From: Cetorhinus maximus
Taxonomy: Eukaryota
NCBI RefSeq assembly: GCF_964194155.1
Contig: NC_135899.1
Location: 81,654,001-81,718,000, forward strand
Direction: 5' to 3'
Length of the DNA: 64,000 nucleotides
In this document: positions 36,888-49,735 of the stretch, piece after piece
Layout: each line of letters begins with the position of its first letter
Position numbering within the stretch: position 1 is the first letter of the stretch
Notes under the pieces: generated by a model
Told to the model about the DNA's origin: nothing
The model's database searches: none
The model's input: the letters and a program-made list of their open reading frames with translations, nothing else
Program-made: the position numbers and the translations under genes

Positions 36888-39878
36888 TGTGTTATTAGCT
36901 CCAGTTTACCTTCTTGTGGAGTGTTGGCCGGGAGCTCCAAGCCCTGATAAGCCTCGGGACGCGTGCATGGACTGGGAACTGGCAGCACATGCGAAGTCCG
37001 AGCTCTTTAGGCTGAGGACAGGCCCAGTGCGCCTGTGCATAAAGAAAAGGGTGCGAAAACAGGGTCATGTGACCCGGGAGCTGAGCGCCATAACCAGAGA
37101 GGAGTCCCAGGCAGGGGACAGGGAGAGGGGGTCAGGGAGAAGCCCCCAAAGAAGGGTCGCAGGCAGGGGATAGGGCGAGGGACCAGGGAGAGGTCCCAGC
37201 TGAGAAGGAAGAGCAGAAAAGCAGGCTCCAAGCAGAAAAAGGGCTGTGGTTGGCAGAGCTTAAGTTGACAGGGCTCTGGTGTAGCCCCGGTGATTAAAGA
37301 GGGCTCAGGAGAAACCCTGGTACTTGAAGCGGGCTTAGGGGAGCCCTGGGGATCGAAGAAGGCAGTGGAAGGTGGGTGGGTCTGTGCTTGTGGGCCGTTG
37401 GAGTGAAGGGACACCTTGTGAGCAGTAATATGCAGCTTGGCTTGGCCAAAGAGCTGAAGTTGTGATTGTAAATTGGTGCCAGAGTGCAGGCTTGGGAATC
37501 TAGGAGAACAAAATCTCTGGAGATGGGATTGAAACCCTGTGGAGGTGACACCGTCTGAGTGGAGTGACGTCTGGAGAGAATTCCAAGGCATTCCCAGCAG
37601 GGGGGCGCGAAATGTTTCCCGTGTGGCAAACTGGGCACTTCAAGTGGTTCCTGCAAATCGAGCAATTTGAATTGAAGTCAAAGACCAGTGATTATTTACG
37701 AAACACATTACTTCCAAGAAATGGAAAGCCCAGAAAACAACAACCCTACAGAGCTCCAAGGGGAAGGAGATAGTCTTAATCCAGACTACTGGTCAGTTAC
37801 AGTACAAGTTCAAGGCTTCGATACTTATTTTACAATTCATACTGGAGCTGCTGTTAACATATTAGCAGATGACCTTAACTAGCTGCAGTTGATGACCTTT
37901 CACTCAGATGACATCAAGTTACTAGGTCCAGGCTGCGTAGACCTTCCAAACAAAGGCAGGATTGTTGCTCCTCTTCGCTATAAGAGGCAACAGATTCTCT
38001 CCATGTTCTTCATAATCAATGTACATCCTTATTGAGTGGTGATGTTGTTTGTACTTCTAGGAATCCTCAAAAAAACAGATGATACTCATCATTTGAATGA
38101 CTCACTGTCTTTCATGCAACAGACTTTAAACTTTTATTTAGAAGCAGTGGAAATGCAGCCTTCAGAAGCTGAGGAAGTTTATACACTCAGCAGTAAGTTC
38201 CTTTCTCTCACAGAGACACCATCCACTAGGCCCCAGGCAGAGATTGAAGTTATGAATCTCTCAGTTCGCCACAAAGTAAGGCCTGAGGTGGTGGATACAG
38301 GAGGGACTGCAGCAGACGGTGACCATCCTCATAAAGAGCTGCTGGACATGAATTGGCTCTTCCTAGGGAGTGATGAGGAAGATTCCCTTGCAGCACTGAA
38401 TGACCTCTTGGAGTTTGAGGTCCTAGAAAAGGATTCATCTTTCCCGTCGATGGATGTACCTCATGAAATCTCTGTTGTCCTCTTAGAGGATTCAGCTGTG
38501 TATCTCGAGGCTGAGCAGCATTCAGATCTAAGTTCCACTGAATCTACCAACGTATTGCCTACTTTATCTCTCCTTGCTCATGAAGCATCTTCCACAGAGG
38601 ATGCTTTGCCTGAGTCCAGGTCAGGGTCTATCGAGGATCACACTGCCAAAGAGCTGGTACCTTCCCAGGGTGAAAGTCAACTGCCACCCATGCTTCAGTC
38701 CCAGGTGAACATCTTCTTCCCTCTAAACCTGGAGGTCAGCACAGAAACTGCAGCAGAATCTTTAGCATTTCTGAAGCTGCAGATTCCTGTACAGCCATCT
38801 TGTTCCGGAGGTGATTGTCTGCAGGAAATTCCTCTCATTACAGGAGATGAGGCTGTCTTGTCTCCGTATCCTCAGCAATTCCTCCCATTGCCCATTCTGG
38901 AACAACCTCACGCAGAGGGAAGTGGGCCTCCCTTACCACTGCCGATAGAAAGTAGACAGGCCCTCCCCAAAAATCATTGGGAAACTATCTCTCCTTCTTT
39001 TCCTGACAGTCTTACAGGAAGTTGGCCATTTTTTCTTCGTCGTCTAAGTTAATTGAAATCTCAGATCTTCAATGCCTTTCCAGTCTTTAATGCAGCAGTT
39101 GATGATGCAGCTGTGATAGTTTTCCCAGGAGTTGAAGGTCATTCCTCTTCTGAAGTTTCTCCCCAGAGTCCTTTGAGGCAGCAACAAGTTCCTCAGAGCG
39201 TCCCGAGTTCTTCTTTTCTAGCCCCAGAAGGTTCAAAGTTTGATTTTCTTCAGTCTTATCTTTCGGACCAATGTTCTGTTGTAAAGTCTTTGTTGTCCTT
39301 GCAGTTCAGTCATCCTGAAGCCTTCACTCTGTTTCTGAGCAACACTGACAGCAATGCTGCTACAGCATTGTCCTAATCTGCAGATGATGATGCCCTACCA
39401 GCTGCAGAAAAAAACCCTTAAGTCTCCAAGCCATCTTCCCTAACAGCCGAGAATACTGAGGGAGATTGAATCCCCCAGAACTGTAACTTGGGGAGGGGAA
39501 GAGTAGGAGTTAGAGTTGAGTATAATCTGTAGTTGTAAAAAGGGAATTATAGAAATGTAGTTTAAATAGTTAAAGCCTTTCAAGCTGCTGTTAAAAAGTA
39601 GGATAGCTCACTTGGGGGTGGTGTAGTATAAAGGGTTAACAGATGGGATATGCTAATCTATGATGTAGATGGTGATGTACCAATGAGACTAGTCAGTCGT
39701 GTGTCAGACTCTCTTGAGAGAGGTTGGAATCATGCCTAAAAGCCACGTGCCCACTCTGTAACCTGTTTAGTAGTGGTTATAAAGAAGTGTTAAGCAGGCA
39801 CCAAAGTATGGGTACAGTCTGTCTAAGAACCAAGTCCCACACCTAGAAACCAAGACAGAAGGACCCAATCTCAGAACA
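36888..39878 (+). mobile_element. Gypsy-like LTR retrotransposon remnant (gag knuckle, protease, acidic ORF, putative PPT + 3' LTR)
   Basis: Frameshifted CCHC knuckle C-F-P-C-G-K-L-G-[H]-F at ~37612-37655; protease WSVTVQVQG...FTIHTGAAVNI (DTG>HTG) ...LLGPG; G-rich tract 39614-39621 followed by TGTAGTATAAAGGGTTAA...CA (39622-~39878). 5' boundary uncertain and no matching 5' LTR found. Confidence 0.6.
38036..39376 (+). pseudogene. Acidic S/E/P/L-rich reading frame of unknown function, in frame with the retroviral-type protease
   Basis: ORFs 37688-37882, 38036-39052 and 39053-39376 share one frame and are separated only by single stops. Confidence 0.45.
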
Positions 39879-40954
39879 ATTTTGTCAATGGTTCTTTTCT
39901 TTCTTATTCTCTGTTTATTCTTCTTCTGTTCCCTCTCAATCAAATGTTTACCAAGGCGAAGTGAGATGAATTTCCTATACCTGTTCCATGTACATGTACA
40001 TGTTCCATGTACTCTTTCAAACAATGCCTTCAACAAAAACTACCCCCATTCCAATGAAGTCAATGGAAAAGAGAGTTGGGCACGGTGTAAATCGGTGCCA
40101 ATCCATTATAAGCCTCTTAACGCCATTGCCGAAGATCAGTTTTGCCCCCTAAATACAGGTCTCCACAAGCCAACTGCTTCTGTCATTGTTACAGCCCATC
40201 CTGATATATTGCAGGAGCCATTTTGTTTATCCTGATTCCATCAGAATATGTCCAAGTTTATGTTTTCCTGTTCCTCTTGATCTACTCCACAAATGCATGT
40301 GTGCAGTCTAAAAGATATTTTGACATAACAACAAAGGGCATGAATAAATTTGTGGCTACTGCAGCTGTGACTCGCTCTAATCCCTCGAGCAAGCCTGGAG
40401 CACGTTCCATGTGTCTAACTTATTGCACGGAGATAATTAATGAGCATCAATCCGCTCCTGCTGCAAAGCCTGAGCGGCAATATATTCTAAAATATTTGAC
40501 ACAGTTAAAAATGGGTTATTTCTGAAATGCTTCCCTCACATTTACAACAATCAACTCCTTGTTAAATCATATCATTAGTGTGTCACTGTGGTGCAATTGA
40601 TTCATCTGTGCACTTGTCTAAAATAAACTATAATTGGACTTTTACAATGCATCAGGCACAGAAAACTGCACTCCACACTAAATAAAATGTTGTCATTAAA
40701 CTATTTTGCTCCTTTAATGGCATTTTTATAACATTCATCTGAATTATCTACAGTGCTGTCATATTGATATTGTTATTAAGCAGGACTGTGTCATTAGGTG
40801 AATATTGAGACAACGTAACTACTGGCTTTGCTGACAGGTTGCAATCCTCTTTTTCCCCCTTTAACCCGTGGCCACTCTGAAGGCGAGCTCACTTACAACA
40901 CCCACAATGAGCTGTATAATTCTGTGGGATCTTCTCAGGATGACCCTGAACAAG

Positions 40955-41412
40955 ACAAAAAGAAAGACTTGCATTTACATAGCACTTTTCCAGACCTACC
41001 GGGCACCACAAGGCACCTTACAGCCACTGAAGTACCTGCGAAGTGTAGCCACTGTTGTAATGTAGGTAACATGGCAACCAATTTGCCCACAGCAAACTCT
41101 CAGAAACAACAATGTGATAATGACCAGATAATTTGCTTTTGTTATGTCAGTTGAGGAGTACATATCGGCCAGGACACTGGGGATAACTCCTCTGCTCTTT
41201 TTCAAAATAGTGTCATGTGATCTTTTACATCCACCTGAGCAGGGGTATGGGGTCTTGGTTTAACATCTCGCCTGAAAGGCAGCACCTCCAACAGTGCAGC
41301 ACTCCCTCAGTACGACACTGGAGTATCAGCCTTGATTTTTGTACTCAAGCCTTGGAGTGGAACTTGAACCTTGCAATTCAGAGATGAGAATATTGCCAAG
41401 TGAGCCACAGCT
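40955..41412 (-). mobile_element. DeuSINE (SacSINE1-like), full length
   Basis: Minus strand: ctgtggctca..tggca...gttcaagttccactcc head, gtactgagggagtgctgcactgttggaggtgc Deu core, gctatgtaaatgcaagtctttcttt tail. Confidence 0.9.
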
Positions 41413-41759
41413 TATAGAAGGAGCCTTTTGCACTAACTTTGTTTCATTCATTCAATGTGCAATAGCAACACAAGGCAGATAAGATGCCCATTACTGCTTT
41501 CTACCCACCTTTTTCATAAGTTTCCTCGGCTCAGTTGCGAGTACATAATCCAGCTCAACATTTCAGCGTCTTGCCGAGGACGTGTTGCATTATCAAAATT
41601 GCTGCCTTTTGGAGGAAGCAATAAACTGAGGCTCCATCTTCCTGCTTAAATAATCGTTAAAGACCCCATGGCATTAGACAAAGAAGAGAAGGCAATGATA
41701 GGAAGGGAAGTGCAGCCTGCAGAGTGTACTCAGGTGTGACTAGAATCTCTACTGCTGGC

Positions 41760-43790
41760 CCTGTCAGGATTTTCATTGATTCAGGGAGCGAGCTCTTCAT
41801 TTAAATTGCAGTGAGAGGCCACACCACGAGAGGCACATCTAAGGGTGCCTGCCTGCCAAAGTAGCTGGTCATTCCATCGCAATTGTGAGGGTGGGGGGGT
41901 GGGGGGGTGGGGGGGTTGTTGGGGTGGAACCAGGCTCCCACCAGGAAACATATCCGAGCTGCATCGGGTAGCTCTCCTTTCGAAGGAATACACCAGGGAG
42001 TCCAGCGCATTCTCAAAGCACATCCCTCAAGGCGGGTGCTCATTCTACCATTCGCCAGCAAATGGTGCAGCTGGTCTCATCTACATCGGCAACATTTTGC
42101 GGATGCTGGGTTTCCTGCCCTGCCACTGAGAGTGTCAGTGGGGGAGACACCCCCTGCTCCTGATGGTTGCCCCCACAGCCATTTAACACTGTGAGGGCAG
42201 TGAATTGGCTGGAGGCGGGACCCCTGACCCCAACTGGAGAGGAAGTACTTCCTCTGAGAGCTGCCGGCCATCTGATTAGCCAGCAGCTTTCTAGTCCTAG
42301 CACCACCACTGGGAGCGGTGGCCACTGCCGAGACTACGCCAGGCTTGTCCAATGCAACCCCATCTATGCGCTCCCCCCATCCCCCCCGAAGTTCAAAATT
42401 CTGGTCTAACAGGTGGGTTTCAATGGAAGTCCTGCATGGAGCTGCTCCTCCAATCACAGGCCGTTTCTCTCCTGCGTTTGCTGCTGGTAGGCTCAGAGGG
42501 CGAGAAACAGTCTCCAATTGGAGGAGCAGCGGGCACCGGTGTTGGTGAGTGCGCTGAGGGCTGCTGGACTGAGGGAAGTGAAGGTGTGGTGGTGGTGGGG
42601 CTGGAGACGAGGAGCCAGGTATGTCAGGCCCCGGGGAGGGCAAAGTCGTGGGCAGCCTGGGGAGGGTGAGGTTTTGGCGGGTGTGGAGAGGGGACCGCAC
42701 CATGGTGAGTATGTGGGAGTGAGAGATTGTGTCTTTGCGTGTGGGAGTGTGAGAGTGAGTGACTGAGTGTGTGGTTGGGGGTGAGTGCGAGGGGCTGAGT
42801 GAGTGTGTGAGGGTGGGGTGGGGGGAGGAGTGTGAGTCTGCCTTAGGCCCAGTGTTGGGTTTCTCACTCCCTCACCACCACACACCAACACATACACACC
42901 CGCCCACTCACAGTGGGTGAGGCTGCATGAGTGAGCACTCTGAGACTGGGGGTGAGCAGGACACACACACACTGGCCCTCTCACACTTCTGGTCATTTTT
43001 ATTAATTGCTCTTTTTTAACTTAACAATTTATTGCTATGATATTGCTTTAATTTTGCTCAGCAATGGTTTCTTTCTTTAAAACCTCAGCTTTTTTTTGAA
43101 ATTCAGTGTATTGTTGTGTCAAACATTTGCTTATCAGCCCCTTGAGTGTGAAAAATATGCAAATGTGCCCCCCCCCACCCCAAACAGAGTGAAAAGGTTG
43201 GACAAGCTTGGACTATACCAGGTCCCACAGAACAAGGAGCCCAGGATGCAGTTAAGTCCAATGGTCTCTCAGCGGGGCTAGGAGAGGAGGCCCCAAGGGT
43301 GGGGGAAGAGGGCAAGGAGGGTGGGAGCCCAGTTGCAAAGGCCAGGGGAAGGGAGCACTGAGGGGGGGAATGGCAGGAAGCAGAACTTGAGGTGTCACTG
43401 ATCGGGAAAGGGGGTCCGTGAATGAGATGACCCCCCTCCTTCCAGCCTGAGGCCTTAGCAGGCCAACCTGCTGGGCTACCTCTACATTCCTGGCCTCCTC
43501 CGTCTGGCTGAAAAATTGCTGGGTGGGGAGCGGCCATTAATGGCTACTTAAGGGGCTCAATTGGGTGTGGGCGGGCAGGTCATCCTAAAATCACTGCCAG
43601 GTTGGGGGCATGAGAGTAGGCAGCAGGGAGACACCAACAAATTTTTGCTGGCACCCCTTCCCACCCCACCCCTCACCTCCCCCCCCCCACTCATCCACAC
43701 CCCCCTGCCCCCCACCGTCTGCAAACGCGTCAGCTGGGGACCTTAAAATTCCGCCCCCCTGAAATAAGTGCCCAGGTAAAAATATCCCCC
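41760..43790. mobile_element. Cluster of degraded GC-rich MITE/DNA-transposon fragments with GT/CA low-complexity stretch (42700-42990)
   Basis: TIR-like aggattttc / aaaattctgg / aaaatatcccc words, ggccattaa motifs, similarity of 42200-42320 to 63670-63760. Confidence 0.4.
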
Positions 43791-45124
43791 ATGTGTTCAA
43801 GGGATGTGTTAGGAAAGTCAAAAAGTAAAGGGACAAAGTACTGACATTGTTTGGTTCAAGAACACATACCTGAGGGCATTACTTAATGACATATTCTTGC
43901 AGACACCAGACAACATTGAATAGCTGCCATATGATCCCCACTCATACGCACCGAGGAGAATAAATCTATACTGGCAGCATCTGTCATGATCTACCTAGAA
44001 ATACACTCCTGGCCGAGTCAAATTGTCTTTCGCCTGAGGGACCTGAACTGAGGGATGGTGGCAGATGGGCTGAGGGGAGGTGGTAGATGTTGGGTCAGAT
44101 GGCCATTTACTGAGAATTTACGTAAGAGGATTGAAGGCTGTGACTGGTCCAGACCAAGGCCGGTCAGTGCATCTAGGTGAACACCAAACCATAACTCAAC
44201 AGACAGTCTAAAGAAAGCAGCTGTCATGAAGCTTTTAATGAGAAATGCATTTTAACCCTCGGTGTTCTTTTATCTTCTCCAGTTGACAACATGGGAAACG
44301 CAGGAATGCTTTTGAAGGGCATTACATCCCGACCAAATAAAGGCTTTGAGATGCAATACAACACAATTCATTAATTGATTATTAAATTAATCTTAATAAA
44401 TCTTAATAATTCCAAAAATAATTTTAGACATGATATGACATTCCACTTACTATAATTTTTATAATTTATGTAATATGGCCTCGCTGTACCATCATAGAAA
44501 TCTGACCTTTGAAATTCATTAGTAAAATAGATTTCCAATTGCCTGAGTCCTATTATCTAAATGGCTGCCATCATCTAAACTCAAATATTTGTCTCCTGTC
44601 CGCTCTGCTAAGATAATAATACTGTTTCTTACCTAACTTCCTCATTACTCACAAAGCTATAATGTCTGCCAAATGCTTCCAAAAGTCTGAAATCTTCATT
44701 ACGTGTGCAAGTATCAAAACTGATGTTCCAGGATAATCCAGGAACTTACAAATTATAAACATAAATCAGATAAGACTTTTTATCTCCTGACTGACATCAG
44801 CTTGCCGTGGCTTAATGTGCCATCTACCTCATATAACAGAATGGATGGTACAGAGGCCTAAATAACACAGTGTTGTAATTTCCAATCTCTTAATGAACTG
44901 TTTCTCTCTCAATAGCTTCACAGCAATTTCCGTAAGCGGATTGCGACTTTTGGAAACAGGGCGCATTATTTTACAGATGTGTATGATCTGTACAGTTAAT
45001 AATAACTCTATGTTAAGTCACTTGCACACTAATTTAAGCATAACTTGCGCAGTGATACCACACAGGATAAACTACACATACTTATTGTCAATAATCTGGA
45101 AAGTGAAGCCCAGAAGAACTGGGC

Positions 45125-45312
45125 ATTTATGGAACATGTTAGGTTTTAATGAGTGCCTTAAAGGAGAAAAGCGATGTAGAGAGGCGGAGAAGTGTAGGGA
45201 GGGAATTCCAGAGCTTAAGGCCTAGGCAACTGAAGATGCAGCCCCCAATGGTAGAGTGACTAAAATTGGGGATGCACAAGAGATCAAAATTAGAGGAGCA
45301 CAGATACCTCTG
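45125..45312 (-). mobile_element. L2-like LINE 3' fragment
   Basis: taggttttaatgagtgccttaaagg...gggagggaattccagagctta.ggcctagg...ttagaggagcacagat; matches 57055-57225. Confidence 0.65.
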
Positions 45313-46931
45313 TTGGTAACATCTGTAATTTACAATTCATTTAATGGCTTCATTTCACATGCATGTAGCACAACGCTAATTGTGTAAACTTCTTACTGCT
45401 GATCTGATCTCAGAGTCTTAAATGAACACGAGACCTACACGGTATAGCTTAGGCAATTTCCTGTGTCATTGCATCTGTGAAGATAAGAACAAGTGCAGTC
45501 TCCGTGTCTCTGGGTGAAGTATGGTAAGTATAGTATAGTAAGAGACCAGGGTGGGATTGAACCATTGGCACTTAGGAGGAATTCAGTCTCCATCTTAAAA
45601 TCATGGGATAGCTCTTGTCTTTGTGCAACAGTGCAAAACGGGTGCTAGTGGGGTGAAAGATTCACATCTCTCCTGATTTTATTCCCATTGAAGACAATGA
45701 TGCTAAAGTACCAGATTATTCTGCCTTAACAATTCTAATACTTACAAATCATTTTATTCTATTATGTAAATTGAATCTCACTATGACCATGCAATAACTC
45801 CAGTTTCATTAAATACATTTCCAGAGATCTCCTTTTATCTGACAGCTACAAACAGTGGGACCGTGGGTGGGGTGGGGTGGGCGGAGGGGGGAGGTGGGGT
45901 GGGGGTGGGAGGTGGTGGTGGTTAGAAGTAAAAAATTTTATAACATCATCATTATTTTTCCCAGTATTTCACCTGTAAAATGGCATTACCAATGGTAACA
46001 ACTATACAATGTCCTGTACAGTGAAGGCATGTCCTATATAATTTTCTGGAATTGTCTTTTATTTAAAGGTGGACATTAACAAGGTGGCTGCCAAGGATCA
46101 GGTGACTTTTGCCATTTCTGCACAGACAAAGGATTAACTTGTGTCTGAAAATGCCTCTGGAAAGTTCTCAAATGCAAATGGGTTTCGCAGGTGCAAAGGG
46201 GCCTTTCTTACCAGCTCAATGGAAGAGAGCTAACAAACAATGGCTGCCAGTCGTGTTGGATTCATGAGGATGGAATATCAAGTAAGGGCTTGCACTGAGA
46301 TAACTGTAGCTGGAATGTTGATAGGTTATCAATCATTCCTCCATTTTGTACCAAACTCCCCGGCTCCAATCCATTTTGTGGACAATGAGAAGCACTGAAA
46401 CTACCCGTCATGTGACTGAAACTAGCTTAAACACCACCTTCAATGGGCCCACAATGACTGTTTTCTCTACAACATGGGCTATGAACTATACTTCTGTTTA
46501 TAACTTGTAAAAGTGTACTCGCCTCTTGAACTCATCTGCCTTATGTGTGTGTGAGTAACATAGGGCAGAATTTTCTGGCTGGCGGGGGGGAGGGAGCGGG
46601 AGCGGGCATGGGCGGGCATGGGCCCGATCGTTGCTCGTGATTGGGTCTGCGCCACCATTTTATGCAGGTGGGCCAATTAAGGCCCGCCCAGCGTACTTCA
46701 CGACTCCCATGCATAGCGGGAGTGGGCGGGCGCGCCAAGCCCACCGGGTCCAATGGCAACCCTGCAGCTTGTATAAAGGAAAGCCTGGCAGCCTTGGAAA
46801 GACTGCTCGCAACAGCTGGGCGAAGGGCTCTGCAGAGGGGCAATGGAGGTGATGCAAGTCCTGGAAGTGGGCCGTCCGCGAAGAGAATCCAGGTACAAGT
46901 AGCACTAATCAATGCTCTTCTCTCCTTTCAG

Positions 46932-48249
46932 GAGAAGAATGCACAAAATGCCGCCGAGCGGGTGAGGACTGGCAGCGGCCAGACGCAGTCAGCAATTCTC
47001 AGCCGGTTTGAGCAGGAGGCCCTGGATTTGGAGAGGCGCCATGCGCCCAGGTCCACCGGTGTTGGTGAGGCTGGGGTGCCACGGGCAGGTATGTATGTCC
47101 AGCAGTGAGGTCACCATTGTTCTCCCAACAGCCATGGCAATGCTGAATGTTCAGTGATTTAATTTTGCAACATGACTTGACCATTGCTTATGAAAGGATG
47201 AGCGCATAATGATCCGGGGGACAGGGGTGCACATTGATATTGTCTCTACATTAACTGATCCAATGTCCTTGTTCTTCCTTTCAGCATCACCGGAGCAGGG
47301 CCGGGAGGAGGAGCAGCAGGGACCCCCTCTAACAACTGAGGGCCCTGAAGTCTCACCAGTGTCACACCATCTCTGCCAGGCAGGCACCAGTGCAGATACT
47401 GGCCCCTCGGTGAGAATTAGAACATCGGCTAGTGCCCCGGGGTACAGCGGTGAGGGCACTTCACAGTCGCTGGAGGAGCTGGCAGAGACAGAGAGTGCCC
47501 ATGGCTCCAGCAGTCGAAGGACCGCGGGGGACCAGGCACATGCTCAGTCGGTGCCTGATGATGTGTCTGTGGAGTCATCCATGATGCAGCAAACACAGGA
47601 AATGTGGCCGGGTGTGTGGGAGCATCTGGGGGAGATACATGAGGCTAGGCTTGGCTTAGTGTCCGTAGTGGAGGAGTCCACGTGGACTATTGCTGAAGCA
47701 ATGAGCCTCATGGCCGAGTGCCATGCGTCCTCCATGGAGAGAGTGGCGACCCTCATGGAGAGGCTCCTTCAGGAGAACAATCAGGGTTTCCTGGGGATGT
47801 GCTCTGACCAGCAAGCCCTCACATTGGCATTGTCCTCAGCTGGTCAGTGCCAGTGTGGGAGATGGTGTGGGTACCAAGTTTCCCAGCTCGGTGCCCATCC
47901 ATCCACAGTGAGCAAAGAGGTCCGAAGCAACATCACGTGGGCGCAGCAGCTGCCTGTCGTCTCTGCGGGCTCCTCTCAGGGCGCTCTGGATGAGGGCGGC
48001 TGCTCCTCCCCCACTCTGCCAGTGACCGCAGCATCTGGTGAGGCTGCGGTGACTGGGGAGATGCCAGCCGTGGCACTGGCCACTCCCTCCCAGGTGGGGC
48101 CAGAACCAGCTCCACAGGCCAGAGGACGACTGCCAAGGTCATCGAGGCCAACAGGACAGCAGAGTCAGCAGGCTGGCTCAGATGCCACTCCCAGCGATGG
48201 GGCAGCATCAAGACATAGCACCCGAAAATGTAAACATAAGGCACCTTAG
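46932..48249 (+). pseudogene. Harbinger partner (Myb/SANT-family) gene, exon 2 (46932-47088) and exon 3 (47285-48249) open; DNA-binding exon missing
   Basis: tttcag|GAG acceptor, CAG|gtatgt donor and tttcag|CA acceptor are phase-compatible; exon 2 is 157 nt as in the 34.5-kb copy; homologous peptides (SSMERV, VVSAGSSQGALDEG); basic C-terminus TRKCKHK. Confidence 0.8.
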
Positions 48250-48574
48250 GCACACCACGGGTTTATCACTGGTGCTTTTGTGCTGGCCCGAGATGAGGTC
48301 TTTATGATTTGCTTTGAATTGGAACACCTTTGTCATTTTTTTGGCTTAAGTTTCTTTGCTTGTGATATTAAATTCAGACATGTCACCCTGGCTGAGGGTG
48401 CCTCTTTTGTTCTGCAGGTGGATGGTTACCAATAATGTTATGAGTGATTTGTGGGACATTCAGCTTTATTAACAAGGACCTTAGTTAATGTTCCTAACCT
48501 GGCAGATTTGGCACTTAGGTATCAAGTATGGAGCCTACAGCCCAGGCTTGTCCTGGAGGTCCATATGTGGTGTG

Positions 48575-49735
48575 CTAGCTGAAGGTTCGTTGGATTAAAG
48601 CCTCCCGGGTGTCCCTGCCTCCCTGGAGTATGCCCGGGTCAGCGTCTACCCCCTCAGCATTTCCCTGTGCGTGTTCATCCTCAGACTCACTGCTGGACTC
48701 ATCGTGTGCAGCCGCAGACACTGTGTCAACATCTTCATCGTCCACTGCGTCCCCCCTTTCCAGCACAAGATTGTGGAGAGCGCAGCATGCTACCACTATC
48801 ACCAAGACACGATCTCGGGGGTACTGGAGTGCGCCCCCTGAACGCTCCAGGCATCGGAAGTGCATTTTGAGAAGACCGATGGCTCTCTCCACCACAACCC
48901 TTGTGGTGCCGTGGCTCCTATTGTAGTGCTGCTCAGCTTCTGTTCTTGGATGGCGGAGAGGCGTCATGAGCCACCTTCTGAGGGGATAGCCCTCATCACC
49001 CAGCAGCCATCCATCCAGCTGGGCTGGAGCACTGAAGAGCCCCGGCACCTGGGAGTGTCTGAGGATGTAGGCATCGGTGGAGCTGCCTGGGTACCTTGCA
49101 CAGACTTGTAGAATCAGCATCCTATGGTCACACACTATCTGCACGTTCATGGAGTGGAAGCCCTTCCTGTTGACGAAGGCACCGGGCTCACCTGCTGGCG
49201 CCTTGATGGCCACATGTGTACAGTCTATTGCACCCTGGACATGGGGGAAGCCAGCAATGGCCGCGAAGCCTCTGGCTCGCTGAGTCTGGCTTGTCTGGCC
49301 CCAACGGTGGTGGATGAAGGTCAATGCATGCCTGAACAGAGCGTCTGTTACCTGCTTGACACAAGTGTGGACAGCTGATTGGGAGACACCGCAAAGATCA
49401 CCCACCGAGCCCTGGAAGGAGCCAGAGGCATAGAAGTTGAGGACAGCTGTGACCTTCAGAACCACTTGCATGGCGTGTCCACCCACACAGTTAGTGGAGA
49501 TCTCAGGCCCAATCATCTGACAGATATAGTTGTCTGTCTCCCTTGAGAGATGGAGCCTTCTTCGGCACTGCACCTCAGACATATTGAGGTAGCTGCTTCG
49601 CCGCCTGTATACCCTGGCAGCAGGATAGTGGCACCTTCTGCAGCCCCTTCCACCTTGGACAACCTCTTGGCCCTGCGCCCCTTGTGCCTGCGCCTGTCCT
49701 CCCAAAGGTGGCTCCCCTGGAGGCTGAATGTGCAT
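48575..49735 (-). CDS. Harbinger DDE transposase (HARBI1-like, DDE_Tnp_4), 386-aa open frame
   Basis: LNFYASGSFQ..GDLCGVSQS, FPHVQGAIDCTHV, NRKGFHSMNVQIVCD, YPGSSTDAYI, LLGDEGYP, RVVVERAIGLLK..FRCL, ACCALHN. The original start may be ~49809 (MGVELS) with a frameshift near 49740. Confidence 0.93.
   Translation of the reverse strand: MHIQPPGEPPLGGQAQAQGAQGQEVVQGGRGCRRCHYPAARVYRRRSSYLNMSEVQCRRRLHLSRETDNYICQMIGPEISTNCVGGHAMQVVLKVTAVLNFYASGSFQGSVGDLCGVSQSAVHTCVKQVTDALFRHALTFIHHRWGQTSQTQRARGFAAIAGFPHVQGAIDCTHVAIKAPAGEPGAFVNRKGFHSMNVQIVCDHRMLILQVCARYPGSSTDAYILRHSQVPGLFSAPAQLDGWLLGDEGYPLRRWLMTPLRHPRTEAEQHYNRSHGTTRVVVERAIGLLKMHFRCLERSGGALQYPRDRVLVIVVACCALHNLVLERGDAVDDEDVDTVSAAAHDESSSESEDEHAQGNAEGVDADPGILQGGRDTREALIQRTFS

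Noticed and set aside
41780-43840. Many overlapping GC-rich ORFs up to 208 aa
   Set aside because: Stop-poor degraded MITE and low-complexity DNA with no recognisable protein motif
45862-45922. G-run tract (also 41890-41925, 63820-64000), potential G-quadruplex
   Set aside because: Simple G-rich low complexity, common in these repeats; no evidence of function
47209-47284. N-terminus of the listed 346-aa ORF
   Set aside because: Intronic: polypyrimidine tract and acceptor at 47284, so the coding exon starts at 47285
48575-49735. Domesticated host gene HARBI1
   Set aside because: Lies inside TIRs with a TSD and a partner gene, with many related MITEs; behaves as a transposon
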